Origin: Felis catus
Taxonomy: Eukaryota
Direction of reading: 5' to 3'
NCBI RefSeq assembly: GCF_018350175.1
Contig: NC_058373.1
Span: 105,526,001-105,590,000, forward strand
DNA: 64,000 bases
Shown here: piece by piece, positions 62,016 through 64,000 of the stretch
Layout: each line of letters begins with the position of its first letter
Position numbering within the stretch: the first letter of the stretch is position 1
Notes under the pieces: model-generated
The model's input: the letters and a program-made list of their open reading frames with translations, nothing else
Databases searched by the model: none
What the model was told of the DNA's origin: nothing
Program-made: the position numbers and the translations under genes

Positions 62016-64000
62016 ATCAGAACCCAAAGAGTTTCATATTTTTTTCTTGAATCCACCTATATATTCAGCCTCTTCTATCAGAGTAATATATTCTATAAGT
62101 TTATCACAGGCTCTTTGTTCTAAATACAGTTTATTTTCAAAAGACCCAAGTAACCACCGTGTAGATTTGGAGCTGGAAGGATCTTAGGAATGTAAAGGTT
62201 CAACCTCTTTGCCGTCTGAAGGAGGCAATGAAGGCTGGGTCAGTGGAAGATGCGCTGACTCCCAGGCTAGTGCTCTCAGTCTAGCTCCAGTCTAGTGCTC
62301 AGCCCCATTTCACTGAATTGCTATCAATGGCTAGAGGATTCATTTCTGTTTCTATCCAACCTCAGCTAAAGCAAACAAATCAGACATTGGTATGAGGCAG
62401 GGTTCAGCAACCATGGGGTTCTGCTGAAAATTTTACCATTTTCCTTCCCACTGTCTGTGATGGAAGTGGTCAGACTATGTAGGTAGGAAAGGCCTGCCAA
62501 TCTAACCTTACCTAATCACTGACATCTACTTGTGGCTAACGGCCACCGCGGGGCAACGGACATGGACAGTTTGGAAAATCAGCACTGGCCCGCTTCTATT
62601 TCCTACTGTTCTCTAAGTGGGTACTTAATATTCTGTCTACTATTCCTTATGTTTTCTCACGGAATTGAATTAGTTTCAAATTCTTTTTCGCATGCTATGG
62701 TAGCTTGACTTTTCTAAGCTGACTCTAGCTTATCATTTTTTGGCTTTAGATCCAGTCCCTTCTGATCTTTGCGTATTTTGAGCACAATCTTTGCCTATTC
62801 AAAACAGAACTTCTAATATCAATAATCTAATGCTCATTCTCTATTCCAAGTCACTTATAAAATTTTTATTGAGACCAGAGAGAATAGACCTTCTGCCAAA
62901 TATCTTGTCTCAGTTGGATACGGAGCCATTTATCAATTTCTTTTGTTTAAAATAATATAGCCAACTTTTAGTTTATTTGACAATGTTTATTTCCAAGCTA
63001 ATTTAAATTTTCTTCAGAAAACATTTCATTAAGTGCTATATTGGATGCTTTATTAATGCTCTCCCCTGTATAATTGTGTATTATTTCCTAAACAAACTTC
63101 ATAATTTTGCCAAGAGCAATTATGTGATTTTACCTGAAACAATTTGCTTTAATAAATGCTTGCTATTGCTTGGGATTTTAAAATTACTTTTCCTCCAAGT
63201 AATTGTTTTAAATTAACATTTACATTTGGGATAAAATTTTGAAGGGCATAGTTTCCATTTTTCTTATGCTTTTGAAAAATATGTGAGCCACACTGTTCCC
63301 TTTAATCACAGATTTGCAAGTTATAAAGATTCATATATTTCCATACCAATAAAAAATAGATCATTCCTTATAAATGGATGTGTACATGGAGACAGTGACT
63401 AGTCTTTCTCGTGATGTCCTTTTTGGACTTTAGGAACCATGGGTTTTTTTGTTATTGCTGCAATTTTTCTAACTCTGAAATACACTTCAAATTACTCTTC
63501 AATTTTAAAAGACAGATTTTACATTGATCAAACCTAGTATATAAGCTTTTTGGAAAAACGTTGTCACTCATTTCATACAGGTACTTACTTATTTAGATTG
63601 TGGATATTCTCTGCAATTCCTATTTTCTGATATACTTATTAAAAGCTAGGATTTCTTAGGTGGCTCTCATCAGTGCAAGATTTAATGTAATCATCAAGTG
63701 CAGATTTTCCTTGGGTTTATTTTTGTGCTCACTGGCTCAAAATTGCTCTTCATGTAATGTGGGACTTTTTGATGCCAAGTGATGGGCTGTGAATGGTTTA
63801 ATATGTCCATTCATATAGCATCTGAGACCTATACCTTCCATATAGTCAGTCTCATTGCTCTCCACTGCCGGGGGTTTAAAATCAGCATCTACTGCAATTT
63901 CTTTTCCCTGTTTTCAATAACATACATACTCTGTTATTGGACAAGAGATTATTTATTTCAGAATGCGTCCAAATAGCCTCTAGACAATTTGCAAAAGCAC

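Noticed and set aside
62541..62556. CTCF-like ggccaccgcggggcaa
   Set aside because: It mismatches the central AG of the core motif.
1..64000. CRISPR array, operon, rRNA, true tRNA or NUMT
   Set aside because: I saw no regularly spaced repeat-spacer array or such genes; tRNA-like A/B boxes occur only in SINE heads.

Overview
This is mammalian genomic DNA, almost certainly felid: it carries 25 tRNA-derived carnivore SINEs (CanSINE), several of the young feliform type with intact CpGs and perfect target-site duplications (TSDs). It reads as an intergenic or deep-intronic, repeat-rich region. I cannot support any host protein-coding gene; the supplied ORFs I could interpret come from SINEs, microsatellites or decayed transposons, and none of the rest is recognisable. 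Other content: ancient MIR, L2 and CR1 fragments, truncated L1 3' ends, several ERVL/MaLR LTRs, a decayed ERVL pol (RNase H/integrase) remnant, hAT-type DNA transposon relics and microsatellites. I found no convincing new biological system. The best leads are: a dense cluster of perfect short inverted repeats at 14.1-14.4 kb; a fold-back templated insertion inside a MIR at 32.6 kb; an ERVL pol deletion joined at a repeated QWA motif, with several Trp-to-stop changes; a young, internally deleted SINE with an intact TSD at 56.4 kb; a TSD-less SINE that may mark a deletion at 58.5 kb; and an AT-rich but CpG-retaining domain at 51.8-54.0 kb. Family names come from recalled consensus sequences, not database searches, and the boundaries of old repeats are approximate.
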